Of a stretch of 64,000 nt of DNA, positions 47,692 to 57,365 are shown piece by piece. Source of the stretch: a virus (Duplodnaviria > Caudoviricetes); the IMG/VR virus record IMGVR_UViG_3300027858_000004, positions 64,001-128,000 of that record; one strand, given 5' to 3'. Each line of letters opens with the position of its first letter. Within the stretch, counting starts at the first letter, position 1. The position numbers were made by a program, and so were the translations under genes. The notes below the pieces were generated by a model. That model did not search any database. It saw only the letters and a program-made list of their open reading frames with translations, and was not told the DNA's origin.

Positions 47692-48921
47692 TTATTTAAC
47701 TTTTACTACATTTTCTAAATTCAATGGAGTAGCGTAAACTGTTCCATCTTGAACAACATCTGTAGATAATTGAGGTGTACTCTTCTGTACCACTTCGTCA
47801 ATAGCATTACTCCAAGTCACAACTTCAAAGTCTTCATCTAATTCATCCAATGGAGAATAGTTTGCAGTAATCTCTAAATCAGCTTTAGTCTTAGCTGTAT
47901 CATCTGTGTAGTATAAGACTTCCATAGTATCACCAAATTCATCATAGATAGAATAAGGTTCAACTTCTGTTTCTACTTTAGATTCAACTTGTGAAGGATT
48001 ATCAGTGTACTCTAATACTTTAACCTCTTTGCCTTTAAATTCATCTGCTAGAGTAAATGGAGTAGTTTCTATGTTGAATTGTGCTTCTGATTTAGGTTGA
48101 AAGTCAGACCATAGCGTTAATTCAACACTTCCTGTTAATCCACTCCAAGCTGATTCTGGAATAGACGAAATATCTTCCATACCTTTTGTTTTGTAATCCA
48201 ATTCAGTTACAGTAGCTCCAATAGTTTGCCATGATGTTGTGTAGTATTTATATACACCACCATGAAGAATCAATGCTTTGTCTGAAATAACTGATATTAC
48301 ATTATTGTATATTTCCAATTCATCTATTTGAAAATTAAAATAAGAATCATTGTGAACTACTCTTCTGCCAATCTCAAAATTATCAGATGCAATTCCCTCT
48401 GGTCTTAGTAGAGTGGACTCAGTAATTTGATTTCTTAAATCATCAATATACAGTTTAACTATATTTGAAGAATCGAAGGTTATTAATATATCATGCCATT
48501 GATTATCGCAAACATTAACTGTTCCAAAATTAATATCTAATATAGCCCCACTGGTGTCTGTTAAGTATAAAAATGGAATTCCACTAGTGTGACGAACCCC
48601 TAGTCTTATTCCATTAAATCCAACCCCTCTTGTATTACCGAAAATCATTCTGTGAGTGTTTAATGGTGGGGTTGGCGATTTTACTCTTAATCTTATGCTT
48701 TTATTACCTATTGGTATAGCGATAGAACTATTGAAGGTTACAAAGTCGTCTACTCCATCAAAACTCAAAGCACTACCCTTACCATCCCATCCTATTACTC
48801 TAGTTGCTCCTGTAATAGTACCAACAGCAGTTCCTTTGGAATCTGTTGCATTACCACTAGTTTCGTTAAACTTAAACCACCCAGTACCATAACTATTCAT
48901 ATTATCTATCATATTAGCCAT
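47692..48921 (-). CDS. LamG/concanavalin-like lectin domain protein
   Basis: WFKFNETSG, ALSFDG.DD, DNQWH, IDELEIYN. Confidence 0.8.
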   Translation of the reverse strand: MANMIDNMNSYGTGWFKFNETSGNATDSKGTAVGTITGATRVIGWDGKGSALSFDGVDDFVTFNSSIAIPIGNKSIRLRVKSPTPPLNTHRMIFGNTRGVGFNGIRLGVRHTSGIPFLYLTDTSGAILDINFGTVNVCDNQWHDILITFDSSNIVKLYIDDLRNQITESTLLRPEGIASDNFEIGRRVVHNDSYFNFQIDELEIYNNVISVISDKALILHGGVYKYYTTSWQTIGATVTELDYKTKGMEDISSIPESAWSGLTGSVELTLWSDFQPKSEAQFNIETTPFTLADEFKGKEVKVLEYTDNPSQVESKVETEVEPYSIYDEFGDTMEVLYYTDDTAKTKADLEITANYSPLDELDEDFEVVTWSNAIDEVVQKSTPQLSTDVVQDGTVYATPLNLENVVKVK

Positions 48922-48953
48922 AAATCCATCTCCTTTCTTTCAAAATAAAGTTC

Positions 48954-50189
48954 CTATTTTATCGCAACCTTTTTAATTGGCACTTGCGAAATATCAATTG
49001 ATTTCTTGAATACTTTACCACTACCTAATGTAGTTGGTGATTGTTCGATAAATGCTATAGTTCCAATTTCAGATGTAACATCTAATTCAAGTGGTTTATC
49101 CATGCCATGATTGATAAAGCTTTGTTCTGATTGGGATGATATTGTAGTTAATTTTGAAGATATACTTTCATACATTTCTATTTCTGCAATTCTTAAATAA
49201 GTTCCACCTTTTACATCAGACACATCTAATTTGTAGCTTGTAAAAGAATTATTGTATTTATAATCAACAATAAATTCATTGGGACTACCATACACCCATC
49301 CAGTAGTTACATTACTTCTAACATCTAGGTCAGTCCAATTTATACCATCGTTTGAACCACGCAAAATCCAATCTGTTGGAGACCAAGTAGCAGGGTTTTG
49401 AACTGGGAATATTGAATACTTTTTAATTTTCTTCCCTACTGGAAAAGTATAAGAAATGAATCCTGTTTTTAAATATTTACCTTCTATCCATACATCAGTT
49501 TTATTTCCATTAAAAGCTTTCCATGCTTCATTTCCACTCAACTCATTACTGGCACTAGCTATACCAGAAGGTGAATTATTGCTTGTCATAACAGGTATTA
49601 AATTATCTGTATACCCACCTTTTTTAATACTTAACGCTTCTCCATTTGAAGATGAAATCAAGATTTTATTGAATCCTTCATATAATCTAAACCCTTGAGG
49701 AATATTATATTTAAATGGGGTTGCACCAAAATTAGCGGTTGCTTTACCAATAGCACCTCCACTAGTTATTGAAGGAAAAACTTTACCCATAGTTTTAATA
49801 TCAGAAAAGGCAATACCTTGACTAATCCCATTTTTATAGAATTCTAATTTGCCATTATCTAAATCTAAAGCTACACCAATAACATCTCCAACTGTATATG
49901 TAGCACCATATGTTGAAGTAGGATAATATCTGTTGCCATTTTGAGAATAATAATATCTTGAATTTAAGGTATCAAAAGTTCTCGAATCAAGTCCTGCATC
50001 TTTATTTATTATTCCTATTAAAAAATACCCACCAGAGACAATATTTATCTCCCAATACCATTTACCACTTTCTCTGCCAATTGTAGTCCTTGCTGTAGTT
50101 GTATTTGATGATATTTCGGTTGTCAGATTCCCATTTGACAACACTACGTTTACCCCTTTATTGATAGCATCCCATGTAACCAATGTCAT
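48954..50189 (-). CDS. SPRY + discoidin (F5/8-type C) domain protein
   Basis: GKWYWE, GDVIGVALDLDNG, NFG..PF; IPVMTSN..WKAF..P.DW..GSNDG. Confidence 0.8.
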   Translation of the reverse strand: MTLVTWDAINKGVNVVLSNGNLTTEISSNTTTARTTIGRESGKWYWEINIVSGGYFLIGIINKDAGLDSRTFDTLNSRYYYSQNGNRYYPTSTYGATYTVGDVIGVALDLDNGKLEFYKNGISQGIAFSDIKTMGKVFPSITSGGAIGKATANFGATPFKYNIPQGFRLYEGFNKILISSSNGEALSIKKGGYTDNLIPVMTSNNSPSGIASASNELSGNEAWKAFNGNKTDVWIEGKYLKTGFISYTFPVGKKIKKYSIFPVQNPATWSPTDWILRGSNDGINWTDLDVRSNVTTGWVYGSPNEFIVDYKYNNSFTSYKLDVSDVKGGTYLRIAEIEMYESISSKLTTISSQSEQSFINHGMDKPLELDVTSEIGTIAFIEQSPTTLGSGKVFKKSIDISQVPIKKVAIK

Positions 50190-50228
50190 TCTCTCACTCT
50201 CCTATCTTTATAAAACTAAATAAAATAC

Positions 50229-51503
50229 TCACTTTAATGAGATTTTCTTTAATACTTTATTAACATCTAATGTATGTTCAAATACTTTTCCAGTTCCTAA
50301 TATAGTAGATGTATCTTGAATGTAATGTTTTTCTGTGAAGTCCACATACATATCTACAGATGCTAAGTCTGATTGAGACATTCCATGATTGAGAAATGCT
50401 TGTTCTGATTGAGATGGGATTTTGATGATTGTATTAATATTTTCGTACATCTCTAATTCCTGTATTGCTAAATAACTTGCGTCCCCACTATTTACTGTCA
50501 CATTAATTCTGTATTTTAAATAGTTTTTATTATTTCTAAATACGAAAGTTTTCTTTACATTATCAGACCACCCTGTAATTCCTACCTGTGTGTCTAATAT
50601 TTCCCATAAAGATGTAGTACTATTCCATCCCTCGAATGTCCAGTTTTTAGGACTTCTCAATAGGTATCCCACTTGTGGATAAATGGAATAAGAAAGTATG
50701 GATTTAGGTGATGGAAAATCATATTGTAACCATCCACTAGTAACTCCATTAGTAGACCATGCATTTACCGAAACTGCTATATTTCCATCAAAAGCCTTAA
50801 AAACTGGTGTCGTAGAATAAAAACTACTTGCACTAGCTGTCCCATTGGGTAAAATGTTAGATGTCATAATAGGAATTAAATTGTTTGAGTATCTAATGGG
50901 TATCTTTCTAAATTCATTATTTCCAGACGAAAGTAGGATTTTATTTACAATGCCATCATCATTATATGAAAGATAACCACTTGGAATTGGATATGCAAAA
51001 GGTGTCGCTCCAAAATTAAATGTTAAAGTTAGTGTATTTATGTTGCCACTTTTAAAAAAAGGAAACACTTCACCTAAAACACTTAAATCAGTATGTGAAA
51101 CACCCATGCTAATACCGTTTTTGTAAAACTCTAATTTTCCATTGTCTAAATCTACACCTACACCAATAATATTACCAACAACTACAGATGTTCCATATGT
51201 TGTGTTTTCTGGAAATTTATTACCACTATTACCTTGATATAACCTTAGATTTTGTGAATCGCCACTTACTCCACTAAAACCTGTAGCTGTAATTGGGTAT
51301 AGTTTATTTGCAATACCAATAAAGAACGTGGTTGCTCCACTATCAAATTTTACCTCCCAATACCATTTACCCTTCGTTTTACCATGTGTTGCACGAATAT
51401 TACCACTAGTACTTACTGTAGAAGTTAATGTTAAATTTCCATTGGTTAGTGCTATTGCTCCATTCATATCACTTGAATTGAGGGTTACAAGTTGTTTACC
51501 CAT
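50229..51503 (-). CDS. SPRY + discoidin domain protein
   Basis: same architecture as 48954..50189; ATG 51503 after AAGGAG. Confidence 0.8.
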   Translation of the reverse strand: MGKQLVTLNSSDMNGAIALTNGNLTLTSTVSTSGNIRATHGKTKGKWYWEVKFDSGATTFFIGIANKLYPITATGFSGVSGDSQNLRLYQGNSGNKFPENTTYGTSVVVGNIIGVGVDLDNGKLEFYKNGISMGVSHTDLSVLGEVFPFFKSGNINTLTLTFNFGATPFAYPIPSGYLSYNDDGIVNKILLSSGNNEFRKIPIRYSNNLIPIMTSNILPNGTASASSFYSTTPVFKAFDGNIAVSVNAWSTNGVTSGWLQYDFPSPKSILSYSIYPQVGYLLRSPKNWTFEGWNSTTSLWEILDTQVGITGWSDNVKKTFVFRNNKNYLKYRINVTVNSGDASYLAIQELEMYENINTIIKIPSQSEQAFLNHGMSQSDLASVDMYVDFTEKHYIQDTSTILGTGKVFEHTLDVNKVLKKISLK

Positions 51504-51557
51504 AAATCCATCTCCTTCCTTTATGAAACTAAATAAAGTTCCCATTTTATTTCCATT

Positions 51558-51586
51558 AAAAAAGAAGTAGCCATATAGACTACTTC
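51558..51586 (-). terminator. intrinsic terminator
   Basis: GAAGTAG/CTACTTC stem plus T-tract. Confidence 0.7.
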
Positions 51587-52944
51587 ACTTCTAGTTTTCT
51601 TAAATCAAATATCTTCTTCAAATCTACTGATGATTTGTATACTTTACCTGCACCTAATACTTCACTAGTCATACCTTTTGGACTTTCTAATACCTTTTGA
51701 ACTTTACGGTCAAAGATAGATAAGTCATCCATACCTTCTGTTTGGAATTGAGGTAAAGTTGGAAGAGTAGGTGATACTGTTTTGAATGATGGAGGTATTG
51801 CAGGAGTTGGAGTTTCGAACATTGATAGTTCTCCTATCGCTAAATATGAACCACCGTTATGCAATGACACGTTTATTCTATAGTATAAATATGTTTTTAC
51901 ATTATTAATATCAAATGTCTTAGTTTGAGAAAGTATCCATCCTGTAATATTCGATTGTGTATCTAAAACATCAAATAAAATTCCGTCATTTGAACCTTCG
52001 AATGTCCAAGACTTAGGATACATGGTTTCTGTTCCTGCTATTGTAGAGCTAGAAACTGAATATTTTACAATCTTTTTAGGTAATGTAAATTGATACATTA
52101 GCCAACCAACAATACCTACTGGTTGCCAAATCGTATCATAACTACCATCAAACGCTTTATACATGCCATATAGCTCACTACGCTCCGTTGAAGCTGTTAC
52201 AGTTCCACTAGGGGTAGTTTTACTTGTCATCACTGGTATTGCACTATTGGTGATTGCAGGACTTCCTTGACTCAACTTCTTATACCCATCACTCAATAAA
52301 ATGAACGATTTATTTAGTAGTGTGAATAGAGATTCTATTTCTAAAACTGGTCTGAAAGCTCTAGTTGCGTCTGACGTTACCACATTACTAGACGAGGTGC
52401 TTGTTGAACCTCTAATAATTCGTTTTGTAGAATCTGTTGAAAGTGTCGTACTTGTCCATGAATATATTCCAAAGTTCCATACATTATTATCTCCTGCTGT
52501 AATCGTTCCACCAAGAGTAGAGCCAACAATATATTTATCCCATTCATTATCTTTGTCTGTTGAAACTGTTCCACCTGTTAATAGGCGAGTAGCAAATGTA
52601 TGTTTCAATCCTGTACCATCACTAATTTCGGGTAACATATTTGGTAGTCCACTACCACTTGCGATTCCACGACTATTCAGAACATCCAAACTTAAACTGT
52701 GTTGGATATTTCTGTCAGCTAAAAGTATCTTCTTACCATTCCAATCTTCAACCATAATGAATCTGAAATATCCATTAGGAGTGGCACTTGATGCTACTGG
52801 AATCACAGGAATTGCTTCTGCATCAGTCTTAGTTGCTATATCTGAAAATACACCAACTGTGTTAGCTGTTGCAACTGTATATTTACACCAAAAGTAATCT
52901 CCAACTTTTAGTTTAGATAGATTATTATTTAAAGTTAAAGCCAT
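51580..52944 (-). CDS. C-type-lectin-like N-domain + discoidin domain protein
   Basis: GDY..C.Y, ADR, NEWDKYIV, AFRPVLE; IPVMTS..PKSWTFEGSNDG. Confidence 0.75.
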   Translation of the reverse strand: MALTLNNNLSKLKVGDYFWCKYTVATANTVGVFSDIATKTDAEAIPVIPVASSATPNGYFRFIMVEDWNGKKILLADRNIQHSLSLDVLNSRGIASGSGLPNMLPEISDGTGLKHTFATRLLTGGTVSTDKDNEWDKYIVGSTLGGTITAGDNNVWNFGIYSWTSTTLSTDSTKRIIRGSTSTSSSNVVTSDATRAFRPVLEIESLFTLLNKSFILLSDGYKKLSQGSPAITNSAIPVMTSKTTPSGTVTASTERSELYGMYKAFDGSYDTIWQPVGIVGWLMYQFTLPKKIVKYSVSSSTIAGTETMYPKSWTFEGSNDGILFDVLDTQSNITGWILSQTKTFDINNVKTYLYYRINVSLHNGGSYLAIGELSMFETPTPAIPPSFKTVSPTLPTLPQFQTEGMDDLSIFDRKVQKVLESPKGMTSEVLGAGKVYKSSVDLKKIFDLRKLEVK

Positions 52945-53012
52945 TAAAACATCTCCTTTCTTTTGAATCTATAGTCAATAAATTTGACATTTTATCTTTA
53001 TTTAATTATTAT

Positions 53013-53648
53013 TTATGCTTCTTGATATTCGAAGACTGGACGAAATCCATAAGCTCCACTAGTAGTACTTGATAATGCAAAAGCTATTTTACCAGTAGTA
53101 CTAGTTCTTACCCTTTGCGTACTTGGTGCTAAAGCTAAATTAGGGGTATCTTGTGTCCAAGTGCCACTGTTAGTATAATGAAACACATCGTCTACTGTCT
53201 TCCCACTCTGAATCTTATCAGCAGGGAATTTAACAATATATTTATCCCATTCATTATTAGTAGGAAATGCACCAAATCCTAAATCTGTAGTTGAACTATT
53301 TCCATTAGCATCTACATAGGCTACTCCACCTGTAAGGGAACGTAAGCTTCCAACAATACTATCTATTGTTTTTGGTGTTCCTTGAATTAATTTATTGGTA
53401 TTCAAGGTGTCCCAAGTTACTGTATGAACCGCTACCCTGTCAGACATCAACAATCCTTTATCTACTTTGATAAAATAGAAATAATTGTTAGCTGAACCAT
53501 TTGCAACTCCTGTCAATGGAAATTCAGTAAGACCATTAACTCCTATAACAAACGTCAATCCTGCTTGATATGAACAAGCTATATAATCTCCAATTTGCAT
53601 ATCTGCAATCTTCGTTCTTAAAACTCCTGTTGTTGCAGGAACTCCCAT
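53013..53648 (-). CDS. single C-type-lectin-like domain protein
   Basis: GDYIACSY, NEWDKYIV, GFRPVFE. Confidence 0.75.
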   Translation of the reverse strand: MGVPATTGVLRTKIADMQIGDYIACSYQAGLTFVIGVNGLTEFPLTGVANGSANNYFYFIKVDKGLLMSDRVAVHTVTWDTLNTNKLIQGTPKTIDSIVGSLRSLTGGVAYVDANGNSSTTDLGFGAFPTNNEWDKYIVKFPADKIQSGKTVDDVFHYTNSGTWTQDTPNLALAPSTQRVRTSTTGKIAFALSSTTSGAYGFRPVFEYQEA

Positions 53649-53752
53649 ATTTATTCCTCCTTATGATAAATATTTGATGATTAACAACCAAATTAACTTA
53701 TATTTATCAAATTATTATCATTAAAACCAAATAAAATCTATATATTATTGGT

Positions 53753-53902
53753 TTATTTAACTTCGTATTTTGCTTTCATCACATTTGTTTTGGTATTTGA
53801 TTCTTCATCGTTATTGCGCTTATTAAATAAGTGTTTCACATATCCAGAGATAGCACGAAACCTAAATAAGCTTCCACCATTCCTACTTTTGAATAAGCTC
53901 AT
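53753..53902 (-). CDS. small hypothetical protein (49 aa)
   Basis: AGGAG RBS, read by hand. Confidence 0.45.
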   Translation of the reverse strand: MSLFKSRNGGSLFRFRAISGYVKHLFNKRNNDEESNTKTNVMKAKYEVK

Positions 53903-53903
53903 A

Positions 53904-54173
53904 TTAATATTCTCCTAAGTACGTATACTGAACATTAGGTGTTACAATAATAAAACTTTTTATTCCACCTTTGTTATAGTCAAATCCTTGTTCTGTATCT
54001 AAAAAGATTGCATCACTGCCATTGATTTTAACGATACAAGGCATCTTATTAATGAAACTAAATTGTTTAAAAGTGTATCTCTCATCAGTCCAAATAGAAG
54101 GGGTTAATGGGATAACCTCATGGTTAGCCTTTGATGTCTCTATTGTTTCCGAGCCTTTAAATCTACCTGACAT
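53904..54173 (-). CDS. hypothetical structural-module protein
   Basis: ORF with RBS. Confidence 0.7.
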   Translation of the reverse strand: MSGRFKGSETIETSKANHEVIPLTPSIWTDERYTFKQFSFINKMPCIVKINGSDAIFLDTEQGFDYNKGGIKSFIIVTPNVQYTYLGEY

Positions 54174-54184
54174 TCTATCGTCTC

Positions 54185-54772
54185 CTAATTAATATTTATT
54201 TTGTCTAGTCTTAGCCATTCGGCTCTTGTAATAGGCTTTCTGAATAAGTATCCTTCACTAGTCCAAGCCATGTCTCTATTCATCATCATTTTATAATCAC
54301 GCTTTAGCTTTAAAGTTCCACCTGAAGTTTCAATGTTATATGAATTGTTAAATAACGCTGAATCGGAAGGATTATTGAAATCTGAAAGTGTGAAATTGGT
54401 TAATTCATATCCTGCATAGAATATAATTTTAATTTGGATGTATCTTTTTGTTTCTGATTGGATATTTCCTGTTTCTGTAGTAGAAATATATTCGTCAAAT
54501 CTAATCCCATCATCAGATGTTCGAGTAAAAACTCCTATTGTATCTGATTTAGTTTGAACCTTGGATAAAACAACTCTGTCAAAGTCTTGGAACTTATCAA
54601 CCAAGTCAATCACTTTCGATTCCCAATATCCTTCATCTGCGTAGATAGACTCTCCTAAATCTGTGATTGCTGTTTTAGTCAGTTTAATAGCACCATCAAC
54701 ATACTCGGAGTTAGAATATGTTCCTAACCCAATTCCCAGTGCAATACCTATTTCTTTTGTTTCTGTAGCCAT
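54185..54772 (-). CDS. tail/baseplate-module protein
   Basis: G.WES.VID and YIQIKI pattern. Confidence 0.65.
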   Translation of the reverse strand: MATETKEIGIALGIGLGTYSNSEYVDGAIKLTKTAITDLGESIYADEGYWESKVIDLVDKFQDFDRVVLSKVQTKSDTIGVFTRTSDDGIRFDEYISTTETGNIQSETKRYIQIKIIFYAGYELTNFTLSDFNNPSDSALFNNSYNIETSGGTLKLKRDYKMMMNRDMAWTSEGYLFRKPITRAEWLRLDKININ

Positions 54773-54783
54773 TTAGTCACCAC

Positions 54784-55392
54784 CTAATATTTAATTGTCC
54801 AATTGATTTGTCCTGATAAGCTTTGTACCAAAGGAGTTTGGAAACGTTCGACTTCTTTGCCTTTACAATAGAATACTAGTTCACCATCTATTGATTTGTT
54901 AGATGTTAATTTAATTTCAATAAAAGCAGAGTCAGTAAATGGCAACGACACCACTGGTTGAAAATTTAGTATTAAATCATCTTTAATATAGACTGTTTTA
55001 TATCCAAAGTTTATAGAAGTTGTATTTGTACGTTGCAACCCTTGTTTGTTACTAAAGTCTGTGTGAGCTTCTTTATATGTGATAATATCTTTTTGATTTG
55101 GATTATTAGTTAAATTATGAATTTGACCATCTTTTTCGTGGAACATGATTTCTAATCTTTTTCCATTTAAGAAGAAGGAACCATCAATTGCCTCATAAAA
55201 AAATTTCATGTTCTGACCGAATAGTCCAAATCTGATAGTGTTTGCTTGATTAATTGAATAAAATTTATTTTCCTTGTGTGTTTGTAAATCATATTCACTT
55301 AAAAAATTCCCATCAAAATAATCAGCTACCCAATTAAACGGTAACTTTATAGATTTTGGTAATATTAATTGATTAAAAAACATAGTGTACAC
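54784..55392 (-). CDS. hypothetical structural-module protein
   Basis: ORF track. Confidence 0.7.
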   Translation of the reverse strand: MYTMFFNQLILPKSIKLPFNWVADYFDGNFLSEYDLQTHKENKFYSINQANTIRFGLFGQNMKFFYEAIDGSFFLNGKRLEIMFHEKDGQIHNLTNNPNQKDIITYKEAHTDFSNKQGLQRTNTTSINFGYKTVYIKDDLILNFQPVVSLPFTDSAFIEIKLTSNKSIDGELVFYCKGKEVERFQTPLVQSLSGQINWTIKY

Positions 55393-55417
55393 CTCATTGT
55401 ATTGAGTATTTTAATAT

Positions 55418-55447
55418 AAAAAAGAGCAGTCAAAATAATGACTACTC
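55418..55447 (-). terminator. intrinsic terminator
   Basis: GAGTAGTCA/TGACTGCTC stem plus T-tract on the minus strand. Confidence 0.7.
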
Positions 55448-55469
55448 CTAATTGTTGTTTATCTAGTTA

Positions 55470-56189
55470 TTAAACGTAGCGGAAAGAAACACGTTGTAGC
55501 AATAGGTTTTTACCTGAACTAGCATCAATTGGAACATCTGCAAATACTGTTAGTTTTACAAAGTTTCCACCTGAGTTAGCTGCATTTGCGCCAGTGTCTA
55601 ATACGCTGTTTGCTACACCAAGAATTTCTTGTGCAGCAGGTTTTTTATTAATTGTGATTGCAGTGTATTGCACTGTACCATCTGTTACAACGTTTCCTTC
55701 AGTTGTTGAAGACGGGGCTGTTGCACCAGTAGTTCCTGCAAATGTAACCTTATAAATCATACCGTTGTCTACTACAGGTTTTACATAGTCTCCAACCACA
55801 TAGGGTACACCAGAAGCCCAAGTAGAGGCTGTTGCTGCTTTCGGATTAATTGTTGTTCCATTTGTTCCTACAGGTTTTACAGCGACTTTACCTACAGGAG
55901 TGAAAGCTGATTCATTTAATGAGTCCACACGAACTTGGAACCAGTTGTTTTTTACTGCCTCAACAATGTTTGGTTGTGTATCTCCTGTACCGCCAGCTCT
56001 ATCACGAGTCGTGAATGTTACTTCTTCCATTTTAGAAACATCTTCTAAACTATTGCGGTTGTTCCAAATGTAGAATGTCTTTTGAGGAGATTCTGTATCG
56101 GCATCTACACGACCATAGTCCACCGTACCTTTTACTTCACTTGCTTTTGCGTTATTACCTTCATACCAACTTACCAATGGTTCTGCCAT
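55470..56189 (-). CDS. virion protein with inserted CBM5/12-like module
   Basis: WASGVPYVVGDYV...Y.V..AGT..P motif. Confidence 0.65.
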   Translation of the reverse strand: MAEPLVSWYEGNNAKASEVKGTVDYGRVDADTESPQKTFYIWNNRNSLEDVSKMEEVTFTTRDRAGGTGDTQPNIVEAVKNNWFQVRVDSLNESAFTPVGKVAVKPVGTNGTTINPKAATASTWASGVPYVVGDYVKPVVDNGMIYKVTFAGTTGATAPSSTTEGNVVTDGTVQYTAITINKKPAAQEILGVANSVLDTGANAANSGGNFVKLTVFADVPIDASSGKNLLLQRVSFRYV

Positions 56190-56205
56190 TATTAAATTCC
56201 TCCAA

Positions 56206-57348
56206 TTATATTAATTTAATTTTGATGCTTAATGTCAGATTGGAAACATCTCCTGAGAAGGGGACGTACAATCTAAAAATGTCACCTGCTAAAACCGACT
56301 TATCGGAAATAACATGTGACATATTATCGAAATATTCATTTGTATTTATTTGAACTGGAACTGAAGTAATAGCCCTCCAGTCAACCATATTGTTACTTTT
56401 TTCAACTCTTATGCTAGTGGGGGATGAACCTCCAATAGAGACAAAAGCTTTTATATCTTCTATTTCACCATCAAATGGAAATGCAACGTGTGGATTTTGA
56501 ATACCAGAAAGAACTTCTTCTGGAATTACAAATACAATTGCACGAGTGTCCACGTTATTAGTTATGGCATCCAACTTAGTGAATAATTCTTTAGATAGTA
56601 GACCATCAATTACTTTACTTGCTAGTGGAATATTACCACCAAAAGCATCAATTGGAATCCAATCTTGACCATTGAATCTATATCTAACTCCTGTATCAAA
56701 CACTTGAACAGTCCATCCGACTAGCGGATACGGATAAGTAGTTCTCACATCTTCTTCAGTCATTACAAAAGGTTGATAGGTTAAGACTGTAGTTTTATAA
56801 GCATCTTGCACTAACTCTGTAGCTGTATTTGCTTTTTGAGCTGCTATGACCGCTCTATCAGATGCTTCGTTTGTAATGTTTGTCGCAATAACCATTCTTG
56901 CCATTACTTCTTCAAAATCTTCAGTTTCATCTATTAAATGAATAATTTGTATTTTTGTTTTTTCAATTAAATCGTGAAGCGTTTCTGCTGGGTTAGTGCC
57001 ATCAGAATGCACTATGCGAGACGTAGGGTATAATATTAAGCCCCTACCTTTATATACTATTGAAATAGTTAGAGCCTCTTTAGATATATTAAAATAAACA
57101 AATCCATTCGAGTAATCTACATAGTATTCATCTGTAGCTAGGTTGCTTTTAATAAATTTTTCATAGTTTATTTCTTGCATGTTAGCAATTCTAACTCTGT
57201 ATAATTCGTCTGGTATTTCTAATAGGGCAATTCTTTGATTAACTACTTTTGTAATATCCAACCTATCTACAAAAGGGTCATCAGCAGTACCTTTCCTCCA
57301 GATAATTTGGATGGGATTGTTAAATTCCAAATACGTGTTTTGTGACAT
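56206..57348 (-). CDS. tail fibre/baseplate protein
   Basis: YYVDYSNG, coiled coil, TYP.P..GW, DGLLSKE..KLD. Confidence 0.65.
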   Translation of the reverse strand: MSQNTYLEFNNPIQIIWRKGTADDPFVDRLDITKVVNQRIALLEIPDELYRVRIANMQEINYEKFIKSNLATDEYYVDYSNGFVYFNISKEALTISIVYKGRGLILYPTSRIVHSDGTNPAETLHDLIEKTKIQIIHLIDETEDFEEVMARMVIATNITNEASDRAVIAAQKANTATELVQDAYKTTVLTYQPFVMTEEDVRTTYPYPLVGWTVQVFDTGVRYRFNGQDWIPIDAFGGNIPLASKVIDGLLSKELFTKLDAITNNVDTRAIVFVIPEEVLSGIQNPHVAFPFDGEIEDIKAFVSIGGSSPTSIRVEKSNNMVDWRAITSVPVQINTNEYFDNMSHVISDKSVLAGDIFRLYVPFSGDVSNLTLSIKIKLI

Positions 57349-57365
57349 CTTTTCACCTCGATTCT

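Larger units (their letters stand above)
47665..53748. repeat. ATAAAA-N6-TTTTAT sites delimiting each tail-array gene (47665, 48945, 50220, 51533, 52978, 53731)
   Basis: exactly one gene between successive sites. Confidence 0.8.

Noticed and set aside
51580-53648. Diversity-generating retroelement targets (domains ending in FRPV, C-type-lectin-like)
   Set aside because: No reverse transcriptase and no template repeat differing only at adenines is visible in the window.
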